Source: Eledone cirrhosa (Eukaryota). From it: a stretch of DNA of 64,000 bases. The stretch is from assembly GCA_964016885.1 (NCBI GenBank), contig OZ024743.1:225866001-225930000 (forward strand), written 5' to 3'. The notes beneath the pieces are model-generated. The model saw nothing but the letters and a program-made list of their open reading frames with translations. It did not search any database and had not been told where the DNA came from. Positions 1 through 16,098 of the stretch are shown one piece after another (the stretch's first letter is position 1; each line of letters begins with the position of its first letter). Position numbers and translations under genes: made by a program.

Positions 1-166
1 TTTTAGAGAATTTTATGACAAGCAAAAGATAATGGTCAAGAGAAATGGGATGGGAGAATTGTTCTGGTTCAGTGAATATGGTTAGTTCGCTGGGGTGTCA
101 GAATTCAGATTTTCTATTGAAGTAAAGAAAGTAAAGATGTGTATCTTTATTTGTGTGCTTGTGTGT

Positions 167-370
167 GTGTTTGAATTTCTTTTTAATTAAAAAAAGGGGC
201 TCACGAAGGCTTAAAGACTACAGAATAGATTTCCAAATAAGGGCGCGAAATTTTAATGAAAACTTGTTCACGTGACAGCCATAATTTGATTTATAACAAA
301 TCAAATAACGTTTATTAAAAAAAAAGCCTTCGTGAGCCCTCTTTTTTTAAGTAAAAAGAAATTCAAACAC
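167..370. mobile_element. Small fold-back/MITE-like element with ~47-bp imperfect inverted arms
   Basis: 167-212 (gtgtttgaatttcttttt...ggggctcacgaaggctt) is the near reverse complement of 324-370 (aagccttcgtgagccc...aaagaaattcaaacac). The inner motif ggcgcgaaattt recurs near 437. Confidence 0.6.
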
Positions 371-756
371 TCATATATGAAAAAAACAACCTGTGTCCCC
401 CCCCCCCCTTGTTTGAAGAACTTTGTAACGCAAACTGGCGCGAAATTTATTATAATTATTGACCAACGAATCAAATTACTTCTCTAAAAACCTGGCATTT
501 CGAGCCACTTTTTTCCATATAAAACAAGTAACATTCAGAGACCAACCAGATGTGAGAAAAACCACAGAGCCTCCATCTCAACTCTACTTTTGAAAAGCAG
601 AAGAACTGCGAAACCGGTAAAGGAACCAAATAAATATATATATATATTTTTTTTAAAATAAGACTCCAGTTACATTTTCGATTTCATCTTTTTTCTTTAT
701 ACTTTCACTCGTGTAGGACACCTCGGTTATTTTTCATTTTGTAAAAAAAACCTCAC

Positions 757-761
<5 letters not shown>

Positions 762-818
<57 letters not shown>

Positions 819-852
819 ATGTGTATGTGTGTGTGTATGTGTGTGTGTGTGT
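762..852. repeat. Compound (TA)n/(TG)n microsatellite
   Basis: Seen directly. Many similar TA/CA/TATG tracts occur across the window. Confidence 0.95.
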
Positions 853-1014
853 GAAAGTCAGTGTGTTCGGGAAGGGGACGTAGATATGTTTTGGACATTT
901 TAGAATATTTATGCATATCTTTGTTTTTCTGGAAGTTCACATACATACACAAATACACAGCTACACTCACACTAACGTACACACGTATACACATTTTGCG
1001 CATATACGCATATA

Positions 1015-1410
1015 CATGTAGTTAGTTATAGTGTGTGACATATTTAGCAATGTAATGTGTAGTTTATTACAGTGTGTAATATACTTAACAATGTAATGTG
1101 TAGTTTATTAAAGTGTGTAACATATTTAGTAAAATAATGTGTAGTTTATTACAATGTGTAACATAGTTAATGTAATGTGTAGTTTATTACAATGTGTAAC
1201 GTAGTTAATATAATGTGTAGTTTATTATAATATGTAACATATTTAGTAATATACTGTACAGTAGACGACACAATGTTGTATACATAATGATGTAATGTGT
1301 AACAGATTATAATGTGTAACATACCTAACAATAGATGCATGTATTATTTAACTGTGTAACAATGTAACATACTTAATAATTGTGTATGTAGTAGATGTGT
1401 AGTAGATGAT
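1015..1410. repeat. Degenerate ~40-bp tandem repeat (aatgtaatgtgtagtttattacaatgtgtaacatatttagt)
   Basis: About 8 recurring copies of aatgtgtagtttatta...tgtgtaacat. Confidence 0.8.
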
Positions 1411-1799
1411 ACTATAATGATTGCTTATTCTAAGATTCACTTTTAAAATTTTCAAATGTCTACACTTTCGGTTAGCGTCCGTTATATCATAACACTTATT
1501 ACATCACTTATATAAACATCCATATATTTGCATAGTTTATAAGGTTTCATTAAATTTCACAGAAATGCACTTTCTATATAATATCGTCATTTTAAAATGT
1601 ATCATGGATTACACAAGAGAGTATAACACAGTCTCTCTTCAATTTCTGTGCATATTGTCAATACGATTTTATTTAACATATCATATTTACATGCATATAA
1701 TATAAATATGCGCACTACATATGTTAGCTGAAAACCACCCGAAGGGTAGTTTCCCTGCTATTATATTTAATAAATGAATGTGTAGTAAATGACACTGTA

Positions 1800-2082
1800 T
1801 TGGACCTCCGTCGGTTTCAACGATGAGTGTTCCAATTATTCTCCCAGCGGAACAGTTTGATCTTATATTCTACAGATGTATATACTCAGAGTATTACAGA
1901 GATGTTTATACTCTTAACATAATTGTCAGTGAGATTCAGCGTGACATTGCATGACAACTTGATTTGTGCCAGTTAAGTGGCTGGGAATAATGTGAAATAA
2001 AGTTTCTCCCTCAAGGATACAATGTGGTGTCGAGTATCGACCGTGAGTCGAACACATGTGACGATCGAGCCACGTGCCTTCA
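1800..2082 (-). mobile_element. Degenerate tRNA-derived SINE (octopod type)
   Basis: The minus strand begins gtgaaggcacgtggctc (tRNA-like head). The body has gagattcagcgtgaca and gacctccgtcgg blocks that I recall from octopus SINEs; not database-verified. Confidence 0.5.
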
Positions 2083-2490
2083 CAATGTACTATATAGTTG
2101 GTTACAGCATGTAACATATATAAAAACGTACTATATAGTCGGTGATACAAAAATGTGTGGAATAATAATTGAAAAGGTATGTTACGATGCTGGATGAAAA
2201 CAGAATTGAAGAAAAAAACATAAGCAGAAAAATAATTCAATTCCAGAGCATATAATGGCGTTTTAAATGGAGAGACAGCAATAGTAACTTAGTAGATAAA
2301 GATTGGAGACAAGAGAAGAGTGCTGAGAGGGCAGCACAATTACCACGAAGACACAATTACCACGAAGAAGAATAAGGAGAGAGAAAAGAAAGAAATGACA
2401 GGAAAAGGAAGACAGCAGAATAAGATAAAGAAGCTAGAGGAAGATAAGAAAAAATCGACGAAAGAGAATATAGAAGATATAGTAATAATT

Positions 2491-2915
2491 GTTTCAACAT
2501 TTGGCTCAAGGCCAGCAATTTGAAGAGAATTGGAAAGTCGATTACATCGACTCCAGTGCGTTATTAGGGCTTTATTTTATCGATCCCGTAAGGATGAAAG
2601 GCAAAGCTAACCTTGGCGGGATTTGAATGCAGAACGTAAAGAGTTAAAACAAATTTCATGTGACATTTTGTCTAATGCTTTACGATTCTGTCATAATAAT
2701 GGTTTCTTATATAGGCACAAGGCCAGTAATTTGGGGGGAGGGAAAAGTCTATTAAATCGGCCCCAGTGCGTGACTGGTACTTTATTTTATCGACCCCATA
2801 AGGATGAAAGGCGAAGTTAACCTCGGCGGGATTTGAGCTCAGATCATAAAGAGCCGTAACTCTATGCTGCAAAGCATGGCGTCCGGCCCTCTACCGATAC
2901 TGCCAATCCACCGCC
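2491..2915 (-). mobile_element. Two adjacent copies of the dominant tRNA-derived SINE (2491-2690 degenerate; 2701-2915 full length)
   Basis: Minus strand reads GGCGGTGGATTGGCAGTATCGG (A box)...GCTCAAATCC (B box)...ggggtcgataaaataaagtaccag...ggccttgtgcctat. Homologous to 56710-56895. Confidence 0.85.
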
Positions 2916-2944
2916 TAATAATAATAATGATAATAATAATAATG

Positions 2945-3410
2945 CTGAATGTGACATAGAGATCATCAGGAAAATGAATCAACCGAGGAAGAAATAGCTT
3001 ACCATAATGGTGATAAGGGAAAAAGATGAACTACTAAATTTGGAAAGAGTGTAGAAAAATGAAGTGACTGATGATGTGGACATTGAAAGTGTGACTGAAA
3101 ATGAAGTAAAGGCAGAAACAAGATTGATTATCAAAGGATTGAGAGATATTCTTAATGATCCTGGATTCAATAAGATACCGCTAAATCTTCAGATTATAGA
3201 AATTATGTAGCACATGAAACAACCGAAGTAAGTCATGTGATGATGTGTATAGAAACCAATGGTATCGCTGACTCGAGGATGTTAATTAGCACTACAGGGT
3301 TTCTGGTGGGTGAGTGGTTAGGTATTAAGCACTCTGAAAGGAAGAAATGTAAGGAACCCTGGTGGAAGATAAGATTGGAAGCTGATATAATTCAGCTTAG
3401 AAAAAGCCTA
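2945..3410 (+). pseudogene. Decayed N-terminal fragment of an R4/Dong-like non-LTR retrotransposon
   Basis: The peptide KKCKEPWWKIRLEADIIQLRK matches the 'PWWKxRxExxIxxLRK' pre-RT motif of R4-clade elements. It follows a (TAA)n tract. Confidence 0.55.
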
Positions 3411-4217
3411 GATAAACGTCAAACAAAAATACATACAAATAACTGTAATCAACTCGCACAGGGGTCAAAATTCCACCACTTAGGTAGGATCGAAACACTC
3501 AATGCTTTTGACCAACACCCGCTCTGACCATCTTCTGCAAACCAAATCCTCTAAGATCGCCTCTGATCAATATTGGTCTTAGCCGAGCTATTATCTGGGT
3601 TATAATTACACAGGGGTTGATAGCCTGGTGACGTAGACCTTATTCATCGATTGTCTAGGACAGTAGTTTGTAGAAACCTAGGTTATATTCTTCTAATTGC
3701 AATCCCAGGTTACTTTAATTCTTCTCCATTTCGAATAATCATGTAGATATTTTTTCACCCGAGCATTATATTAATATGAATAAATTAATATGATAACTGT
3801 CTATTCCCAAACGATATTAAGTCTGGAACAGTTGTCTTTTGTTAACTGCTACTTGATGATCGCCTTTATAGTTGAGCATAATGGTATTACATATAATATA
3901 TACACAATGTACATAATTCATCCATAGTATGGATTCCTTAACAATTCCTCCCACGGCTAAAATTCCTCCCCAGAAGTCAAGTTCTCCTTTCTGAGAATTA
4001 TCTGTTCAGAAGCTCCTGGAATTTACTTTTTGAGTGCATGGGAAAATGTTTAAGTCTGAAGCTTTGTGTGTATGTTTGAATAATAATTTTGGTAAGCACT
4101 GTGGTAAGCAAATTTTCCTGCCACTTCTCAGACAGCCATCTTGCAACACATGTGAGTATTACTGATGGCTATCGTCAGAATTCTATATATAGTTTAAATA
4201 TTAAGACAGTATATAAT

Positions 4218-4330
4218 TGTTTCTACTATTGGCACAAGGCCAGAAATTACCCAGTACATTACTGGTACTTTATTTTATCGACCCCGTAAGGATGAAAGGC
4301 AAAGTTAACCTCGGCGGGATTTGAACTCAT
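4218..4330 (-). mobile_element. SINE copy lacking its 5' head (short internal-deletion variant)
   Basis: ggcacaaggccagaaattacccagtacattactggtactttattttatcgaccccgtaaggatgaaaggcaaagttaacctcggcgggatttgaactc. Confidence 0.8.
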
Positions 4331-4566
4331 TAAGACAGTAAATAATGACAGAAACATGGTGAAACGTGCCGAAGCTCTTTGGTGATAAAACAAAAATAGA
4401 AAAAAAAAACATATTTTTCATAAATACTACTTCTGGGAAACGTGAGTAATCACTACTAAAATCTAATATTTTTATTATATTATTATAATCACTAATACTA
4501 ATATTAGTGATTATAATAATAGTGATGGTAATATGAAAAAGAAGAGAAAGAGGAATAAATACGACG

Positions 4567-7500
4567 ACCACCACCGTCACCAGTACACCATAACCACCAC
4601 CACCACCTGTACACCATAACCACCACCACCACCAGTACACCATAACCACCACCACCAGCTGTACACCATAACCACCACCGCCACCAGTACACCATAACCA
4701 CCACCACCACCACCAGTACACCATAACCACCACCACCACCAGTACACCATAACCACCACCACCACCACCAGTTCACCATAACCACCACCACCAGCAGTAC
4801 ACCATAACCACCACCACCACCACCAGTACACCATAACCACCACCACCACCAGTACACCATAATCACCACCACCACCACCAGTACACCATAACCACCACCA
4901 CCACCAGTACACCATAACCACCACCACCACCAGTACACCATAACCACCACTAAACCAGTACACCATAACCACCACCACCACCAGTACACCATAACCACCA
5001 CCGCCACCAGTACGCCATAACCACCACCAGTACACCATAACCACCACCACCACCACCAGTACACCATAACCACCACCACCACCAGTACACCATAACCACC
5101 ACCACCACAAGTACACCATAACCACCACCACCACCACCACCAGTACACCATAACTACCACCATCACCACCAGTACACCATAACCACCACCACCACAAGTA
5201 CACCATAACCACCACCACCACCACCACCAGTACACCATAACCACCACCACCACCACCAGTACACCATAACCACTACCGCCACCAGTACACCATAACCACC
5301 AGCACCACCACAAGTACACCATAACCACCACCACCACCAGTACACCATAACCACCACCACCACCACCAGTACACCATAACCACCACCACCACAAGTACAC
5401 CATAACCACCACCACCACCACCAGTACACCATAACCACTACCACCACCAGTACACCATAACCACCAGCACCACCACAAGTACACCATAACCACCACCACC
5501 ACCAGTACACCATAACCACCACCACCACCACCAGTACACCATAACCACCACCACCACAAGTACACCATAAGCACCACCACCACCACCACCAGTACACCAT
5601 AACTACCACCACCACCACCAGTACACCATAACCACCACCACCACAAGTACACCATAACCACCACCACCACCACCACCAGTAAACCATAACCACTACCACC
5701 ACCAGTACACCATAACCACCACCACCACCACAAGTACACCATAACCACCACCACCACCAGTACACCATAACCACCACCACCACCACCAGTACACCATAAC
5801 CACCACAAGTACACCATAACCACCACAACCACCACCACCAGTACACCATAACTACCACCACCACCACCACCAGTACACCATAACCACCACCACCACAAGT
5901 ACACCATAACCACCACCACCACCACCACCACCACCAGTACACCATAACCACCACCACCACCACGACCAGTACACCATAACCACCACCACCACCAGTACAC
6001 CATAACCACTACCACCACCAGTACACCATAACCACCACCACCACCACAAGTACACCATAACCACCACCACCACCAGTACACCATAACCACCACCACCACC
6101 AGTACACAATAACCACCACCACCACCACAAGTACACCATAACCACCACCACCACCACCACCAGTACACCATAACTACCACCACCACCACCAGTACACCAT
6201 AACCACCACCACCACAAGTACACCATAACCACCACCACCACCACCACCAGTACACCATAACCACCACCACCACCACCAGTACACCATAACCACTACCACC
6301 AACAGTACACCATAACCACCACCACCACCACAAGTACACCATAACCACCACCACCACCAGTACACCATAACCACCACCACCACCAGTACACCATAACCAC
6401 CACCACCACCAGTACACCATAACCACCACTAAACCAGTACACCATAACCACCACCACCACCAGTACATCATAACCACCACCACCACCACCAGTACACCAT
6501 AACCACCACCACCACCACCACCAGTACACCATAACCACCACCACCACCACCGGTACACCATAACCACCACCACCACCAGTACACCATAACCGCCACCACC
6601 ACCAGTACACCATAACCACCACCACCACCACCAGTACACCATAACCACCACCACCACCAGTACACCATAACCACCACCATCACCAGTACACCTAACCACC
6701 ACCACCACCAGTACACCATAACCACCACCACCACCAGTACACCATAACCACCACCACCACCAGTACACCATAACCACCACCACCACCAGTACACCATAAC
6801 CACCACGAAACCAGTACACCATAACCACCACCACCACCAGTACACCATAACCACCACCGTCACCAGTACACCATAACCACCACCATCACCAGTACACCAT
6901 AACCACCACCACCACCACCACCAGTACACCATAACCACCACCGTCACCAGTACACCATAACCACCACTACCACCAGTACACCATAACCACCACCACCACC
7001 ACCACCAGTACACCATAACCACCACCACCACCACCACCACCACCAGTACACCATAACCACCACCACCACCACCACCAGTACACCATAACCACCACCACCA
7101 CCAGTACACCATAACCACCAGCACCACCAGTACACCAAAACCACCACCATCACCAGTACACCATAACCACCACCACCACCACCACCAGTACACCATAACC
7201 ACCACCGTCACCAGTACACCATAACCACCACTACCACCAGTACACCATAACCACCACCACCACCACCAGTACACCATAACCACCACCACCACCACCACCA
7301 GTACACCATAACCACCACCACCACCACCACCAGTACACCATAACCACCACCACCACCACCACCAGTACACCATAACCACCACCACCACCAGCACACCATA
7401 ACCACCACCGTCACCAGTACACCATAACCACCACTACCACCAGTACACCATAACCACCACCACCACCAGTACACCATAACCACCACCACCACCACCACCA

Positions 7501-10500
7501 CCACCAGTACACCATAACCACCACCACCACCAGTACACCATAACCATAACCACCACCGCCACCAGTACGCCATAACCACCACTACCACCAGTACACCATA
7601 ACCACCACCACCACCACCAGTACACAATAACCACCACCACCACCAGTACACCATAACCACCACCACCACCAGTACACCATAACCACCACCACCACCACCC
7701 CCAGTACACCATAACCACCACCACCCCTAGTACACCATAACCACCACCACCACCACCACCAGTACACCATAACCACCACCACCACCACCACCAATACACC
7801 ATAACCACCACCACCACCACCCCCAGTACACCATAACCACCACCACCCCTAGTACACCATAACCACCACCACCACCACCACCAGTACACCATAACCACCA
7901 CCACCATCACCAGTACACCATAACCACCACCACCACCAGTACACCATAACCACCACCACCACCAGTACACCATAACCACCACCACTACCAGTACACCATA
8001 ATCACCACCACCACCACCAGTACACCATAACCACCACCACCACCAGTACACCATAAGCACCACGACCACCAGTACACCATAACCACCACCACCACCACCA
8101 CCAGTACACCATAACCACCACCATCACCAGTACACCATAACCACCACCACCACCAGTACACCATAACCACCACCACCACCAGTACACCATAACCACCACC
8201 ACTACCAGTACACCATAATCACCACCACCACCAGTACACCATAACCACCACCACCACCAGTACACCATAACCACCACTACCACCAGTACACCATAACCAC
8301 CACCACCACCAGTACACCATAACCACCACCACCACCAGTACACCATAACCACCACTACCACCAGTACACCATAAGCACCACCACCTCCAGTACACCATAA
8401 CCACCACCACCACAAGTACACCATAACCACCACCACCACCAGTACACCATAACCACCACCACCACCACCAGTACACCATAACCACCACAAGTACACCATA
8501 ACCACCACAACCACCACCACCAGTACACCATAACTACCACCACCACCACCACCAGTACACCATAACCACCACCACCACAAGTACACCATAACCACCACCA
8601 CCACCACCACCACCACCAGTACACCATAACCACCACCACCACCACGACCAGTACACCATAACCACCACCACCACCAGTACACCATAACCACTACCACCAC
8701 CAGTACACCATAACCACCACCACCACCACAAGTACACCATAACCACCACCACCACCAGTACACCATAACCACCACCACCACCAGTACACAATAACCACCA
8801 CCACCACCACAAGTACACCATAACCACCACCACCACCACCACCAGTACACCATAACTACCACCACCACCACCAGTACACCATAACCACCACCACCACAAG
8901 TACACCATAACCACCACCACCACCACCACCAGTACACCATAACCACCACCACCACCACCAGTACACCATAACCACTACCACCAACAGTACACCATAACCA
9001 CCACCACCACCACAAGTACACCATAACCACCACCACCACCAGTACACCATAACCACCACCACCACCAGTACACCATAACCACCACCACCACCAGTACACC
9101 ATAACCACCACTAAACCAGTACACCATAACCACCACCACCACCAGTACATCATAACCACCACCACCACCACCAGTACACCATAACCACCACCACCACCAC
9201 CACCAGTACACCATAACCACCACCACCACCACCGGTACACCATAACCACCACCACCACCAGTACACCATAACCGCCACCACCACCAGTACACCATAACCA
9301 CCACCACCACCACCAGTACACCATAACCACCACCACCACCAGTACACCATAACCACCACCATCACCAGTACACCTAACTACCACCACCACCAGTACACCA
9401 TAACCACCACCACCACCAGTACACCATAACCACCACCACCACCAGTACACCATAACCACCACCACCACCAGTACACCATAACCACCACGAAACCAGTACA
9501 CCATAACCACCACCACCACCAGTACACCATAACCACCACCGTCACCAGTACACCATAACCACCACCATCACCAGTACACCATAACCACCACCACCACCAC
9601 CACCAGTACACCATAACCACCACCGTCACCAGTACACCATAACCACCACTACCACCAGTACACCATAACCACCACCACCACCACCACCAGTACACCATAA
9701 CCACCACCACCACCACCACCACCACCAGTACACCATAACCACCACCACCACCACCACCAGTACACCATAACCACCACCACCACCAGTACACCATAACCAC
9801 CAGCACCACCAGTACACCAAAACCACCACCATCACCAGTACACCATAACCACCACCACCACCACCACCAGTACACCATAACCACCACCGTCACCAGTACA
9901 CCATAACCACCACTACCACCAGTACACCATAACCACCACCACCACCACCAGTACACCATAACCACCACCACCACCACCACCAGTACACCATAACCACCAC
10001 CACCACCACCACCAGTACACCATAACCACCACCACCACCACCACCAGTACACCATAACCACCACCACCACCAGCACACCATAACCACCACCGTCACCAGT
10101 ACACCATAACCACCACTACCACCAGTACACCATAACCACCACCACCACCAGTACACCATAACCACCACCACCACCACCACCACCACCAGTACACCATAAC
10201 CACCACCACCACCAGTACACCATAACCATAACCACCACCGCCACCAGTACGCCATAACCACCACTACCACCAGTACACCATAACCACCACCACCACCACC
10301 AGTACACAATAACCACCACCACCACCAGTACACCATAACCACCACCACCACCAGTACACCATAACCACCACCACCACCACCCCCAGTACACCATAACCAC
10401 CACCACCCCTAGTACACCATAACCACCACCACCACCACCACCAGTACACCATAACCACCACCACCACCACCACCAATACACCATAACCACCACCACCACC

Positions 10501-13500
10501 ACCCCCAGTACACCATAACCACCACCACCCCTAGTACACCATAACCACCACCACCACCACCACCAGTACACCATAACCACCACCACCATCACCAGTACAC
10601 CATAACCACCACCACCACCAGTACACCATAACCACCACCACCACCAGTACACCATAACCACCACCACTACCAGTACACCATAATCACCACCACCACCACC
10701 AGTACACCATAACCACCACCACCACCAGTACACCATAAGCACCACGACCACCAGTACACCATAACCACCACCACCACCACCACCAGTACACCATAACCAC
10801 CACCATCACCAGTACACCATAACCACCACCACCACCAGTACACCATAACCACCACCACCACCAGTACACCATAACCACCACCACTACCAGTACACCATAA
10901 TCACCACCACCACCAGTACACCATAACCACCACCACCACCAGTACACCATAACCACCACTACCACCAGTACACCATAACCACCACCACCACCAGTACACC
11001 ATAACCACCACCACCACCAGTACACCATAACCACCACTACCACCAGTACACCATAAGCACCACCACCTCCAGTACACCATAACCACCACTACCACCAGTA
11101 CACCATAACCACCACCACCACCAGTACACCATAACCACCACCACCACCACCACCACCACCACCACCAGTACACCATAACCACCACCACCACCACCAGTAC
11201 ACCATAACCACCACTACCACCAGTACACCATAACCACCACCACCACCACCAGTACACCATAACCACCACCACCACCACCCCCAGTACACCATAACCACCA
11301 CCACCACCACCCCCAGTACAGCATAACCACCACCACCACCACCACCACCAGTACACCATAACCACCACCACCACCACCAGTACACCATAACCACCACCAT
11401 CACCAGTACACCATAACCACCACCACCACCAGTACACCATAACCACCACCACTACCACCAGTACACCATAACCACCACCACCACCAGTAAACCATAACCA
11501 CCACCCCCACCAGTACACTATAACCACCACCACCACCAGTACACCATAACCACCACCACCACCAGTACACCATAACCACCACCACCACCAGTACACCATA
11601 ACCACCACCACAACCAGTAAACCATAACCACCACCACCACCAGTACACCATAACCACCACCATCACCAGTACACCATAACCACCACCACCACCAGTACAC
11701 CATAACCACCACCACCACGAGTACACCATAACCACCACCACCACCACCAGTACACCATAACCACCACCACCACCACCAGTACACCATAACCACCACCACC
11801 ACCTGTACACCATAACCACCACTACCACCAGTACACCATAACCACCACCACCACCACCAGTACACCATAACCACCACCACCACCAGTACACCATAACCAC
11901 CACCACCACCAGTACACCATAACCACCACTACCACCAGTACACCTTAACCACCACCACCACCAGTACACCATAACCACCACCACCACCACCAGTACACCA
12001 TAACCACCACCATCACCAGTACACCATAACCACCACCACCACCAGTACACCATAACCACCACCACCACCAGTACACCATAACCACCACCACCACCAGTAC
12101 ACCATAACCACCACCACCACCACTAGTACACCATAACCACCACCACCACCAGTACACCATAACCACCACCACCACCACCAGTACACCATAACCACCACCA
12201 CCACCACCAGTACACCATAACCACCACCATCACCAGTACACAATAACCACCACCACCACCAGTACACCATAACCACCACCACCACCAGTACACCATAACC
12301 ACCACCACCACCAGTACACCATAACCACCACCACCACCAGTACATCATAACCACCACCACCAGTACACCATAACCACCACCACCACCAGTACACCATAAC
12401 CACCATCACCACCAGTACACCATAACCACCACCACCACCACCAGTACACCATAACCACCACCACCACCACCACCAGTACACCATAACCACCACCATCACC
12501 AGTACACCATAACTACCAGCACCATCACCAGTACACCATAACCCCCACCACCACCACCACCAGTACACCATAACCACCACCACCACCACCAGTACATCAT
12601 AACCACCACCACCACCACCAGTACACCATAACCACCACCATCACCAGTACACCATAACCACCACCACCGCCACCAGTACACCATAACCACCACCACCACC
12701 AGTACACCATAACCACCACCACCACCAGTACACCATAACCACCACCACCACCACCAGTACACCATAAACACCACCATCACCAGTACACCATAACCACCAC
12801 CACCACCACCAGTACACCATAACCACCACCAGCACCAGTACACCATAACCACCACCACCACCACCAGTACACCATAACCACCACCACCACCAGTACACCA
12901 TAACCACCACCACCACCAGTACACCATAACCACCACCACCACCAGTACACCATAACCACCACCACCATCACCAGTACACCATAACCACCACCACCACCAG
13001 TACACCATAACCACCACCACCACCAGTACACCATAACCACCACCACCACCACCAGTACACCATAACCACCACCACCACCACCAGTACACCATTACCACCA
13101 CCACCACCAGCACACCATAACCACCACCACCACCACCAACACCATTACACCATAACCACCACCACCACCAGTACACCATAACCACCACCACCACCACCAG
13201 TACACCATAACCACCACCACCACCACCAGTACACCATAACCACCACCACCACCAGTACACCATAACCACCACCACCAGTACACCATAACCACCACCACCA
13301 CCACCAGTACACCATAACCACCACCACCAGTACACCATAACCACCACCACCACCACAAGTACACCATAACCACCACCACCACCAGTACACCATAACCACC
13401 ACCACCACCACCAGTACACCATAACCACCACCACCACCAGTACACCATAACCACCACCACCACAGTACACCATAACCACCACCACCACCAGTACACCATA

Positions 13501-14530
13501 ACCACCACCACCGCCACCAGTACACCATAACCACCACCACCACCAGTACACCATAACCACCACCACCAGTACACCATAACCACCACCACCACCACCACCA
13601 CCAGTACACCATAACCACCACCACCAGTACACCATAACCACCACCACCACCAGTACACCATAACCATAACCACCACCACCAGTACACCATAACCACCACC
13701 ACCACCACCAGTACACCATAACCACCACCACCACCACCAGTACACCATAACCACCACCACCACCACCAGTACACCATAACCACCACCACCACCACCAGTA
13801 CACCATAACCACCACCACCACCAGTACACCATAACCACCACCACCACCAGTACACCATAACCACCACCACCACCAGTACACCATAACCACCACCACCACC
13901 ACCACCAGTACACCATAACCACCACCACCACAAGTACACCATAACCACCACCACCACCACCACCAGTACACCATAACCACCACCACCACCACCAGTACAC
14001 CATAACCACCACCACCACCACCAGTACACCATAACCACCACCACCACCACCACCAGTACACCATAACCACCACCACCACCAGTACACCATAACCATAACC
14101 ACCACCACCAGTACACCATAACCACCACCACCACCACCAGTACACCATAACCACCACCACCACCAGTACACCATAACCATCACCACCACCACCAGTACAC
14201 CATAACCACCACCACCACCAGTACACCATAACCACCACCACCACCACCAGTACACCATAACTACCACCGCCACCAGTACACCATAACCACCACCGCCACC
14301 AGTACACCATAACCACCACCACCACCACCAGTACACCATAACCACCACCACCACCACCACCACCAGTACACCATAACCACCACCACCACCAGTACACCAT
14401 AACCACCACCACCAGTACACCATAACCACCACCGCCACCAGTACACCATAACCACCACCACCACCAGTACACCATAACCACCACCACCAGTACACCATAA
14501 CCACCACCACCACCACCAGTACACCATAAC
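4567..14530. repeat. ~10-kb minisatellite, unit AGTACACCATA(ACC)n (n about 3-12), with a 2,682-bp internal tandem duplication
   Basis: Seen directly. Diagnostic variant units and ORF-track starts recur at a constant +2682 offset (6837/9519, 7394/10076, 7669/10351, 8069/10751). Confidence 0.97.
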
Positions 14531-15170
14531 TAACACCCTCATAATACCATCACCACCACCATCACCACAATCATCACCACCACCATCACTAACACCCTCA
14601 AGAAACCATCACCACCACCATCACCACCATCATCACCACCAGCATCACTAACACCCTCAAGAAACCATCACCACCACCATCACCACCATCATCACCACCA
14701 CCATCACTAACACCCTCAAGAAACCACCACCACCCTCATCACCACCACCTTTACTAGCGCCACCATCACGACCATTATCATCACAACGATGACTACTATC
14801 ACCACTATCACGACGACGGCCATCACCACCGTCACCACCATCACTAACACTCTCATGATACCATCACCACCACCTCCACCAACACCAACACCACCACCAC
14901 CATCACTAACACCTTCATGATACCATCACCACCACCTCCACCAACACCAACACCACCGCCACCACCATCACTAACACCCTCATGATACCATCACCACCAC
15001 CTCCACCAACACCAACACCAACACCAACACCACCACCATCACTAACACCCTCATGATACCATCACCAACACCTCCACCAACACCAACTCTACCAGCACCA
15101 CCACCAGCACTAACACCTTCATGATACCATCCCCACCACTTCCACCAACACAACCATCACGACCCCACCT
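14531..15170. repeat. Degenerate ~60-bp ACC-rich repeat (catcactaacaccctcatgataccatcaccacc...)
   Basis: About 9 recurrences of cactaacacc(c/t)tca. Confidence 0.85.
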
Positions 15171-15974
15171 TCGTATTTGTCACCAGTGACAGCTGCATTC
15201 CTCCCCTTAATAATCCAATAATCTAAGATAAGAGGGGAATTAAATTAAATATACTGATTAATTTATCAATCAGCTATCACTGATAAAAAGGCATTAATAT
15301 ATTTTACAACGCTGTATGTAGCCTGAGCATAACTTTCATCTATAAAACCTGAAATAGGTACAAGATGTCTTTTTTTATGCGCCTGAGTAATTCCATATTT
15401 TATTGTGCTTGCATCGAATACAATGATGATATAAATTAAATTAATTCAATTTGAATAGAAAGCATGTTTATCATATGAAGAATTATAATTCCATAACTAA
15501 ATTACGAATTGTTGGGTAACCTTTAAATTTTGCTTACTAAACATATAACAGAAATGTTATCAGGAAAGAATTTCACATCTAAATTATAAAAAAAATATGC
15601 TTATGTATATTTTTTTTTTTATTGAATTGAATTTAAAATGTTTTTCATACAGAAAAAATGTTTTTCCTAGTTAGATTAATAAAATAATTTTCTGGTTATC
15701 TTGAAATTTGGTCCAAAACTTCTAAAATAAAAAAAATGCAATTTACCAGAAGACTTTCACACACCTGATTAATAACGAGGGGAAATATTAATAAATAAAA
15801 TGTTATCTTGTATAAAAATTTACTTTTTTCTAATTAAAGTAATAGTTTTTAGATAATCTTCATGTTACGAACCTAAAAAAAATATATAGGGTGATATTTT
15901 TTGTATTCAAAATTATTTATTGATAAGTTTTGTAAATGTGTATTTATTTGTAATTACATAGGTGCATACATTGC

Positions 15975-16098
15975 TGTGTGGTTTCTGGTTCACTTCCGCC
16001 ATGGAGCACTTTTGGTAAGTGTCTTCTACTATAGTTTGGACTTGCCCACTGTCTTATGAGTGAAATTTGCTATACGGAAATGCAGAAGCTTGTCGTGT
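15975..16098 (+). mobile_element. Degenerate CORE-type SINE fragment
   Basis: ggttcacttccgccatggagcacttttggtaagtgtcttctactatag...cggaaatgcagaagcttgtcgt resembles a recalled octopus CORE-SINE body. Confidence 0.45.

Noticed and set aside
3420-4140. Possible decayed minus-strand RLE LINE (PDLI-like motif)
   Set aside because: Too degenerate to call.
4567-14530. CRISPR-like repeat-spacer appearance
   Set aside because: The 'spacers' are only (ACC)n of variable length. There are no unique spacers or cas genes, and the context is eukaryotic.
4305-14542. Dozens of long minus-strand ORFs (poly-V/W/G, GGGGYG) resembling glycine-rich structural proteins
   Set aside because: The unit length 11+3n rotates the frame at every unit, and the G-rich strand simply lacks stops. 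All three frames give the same poly-Trp-containing pattern, so these are repeat artefacts.
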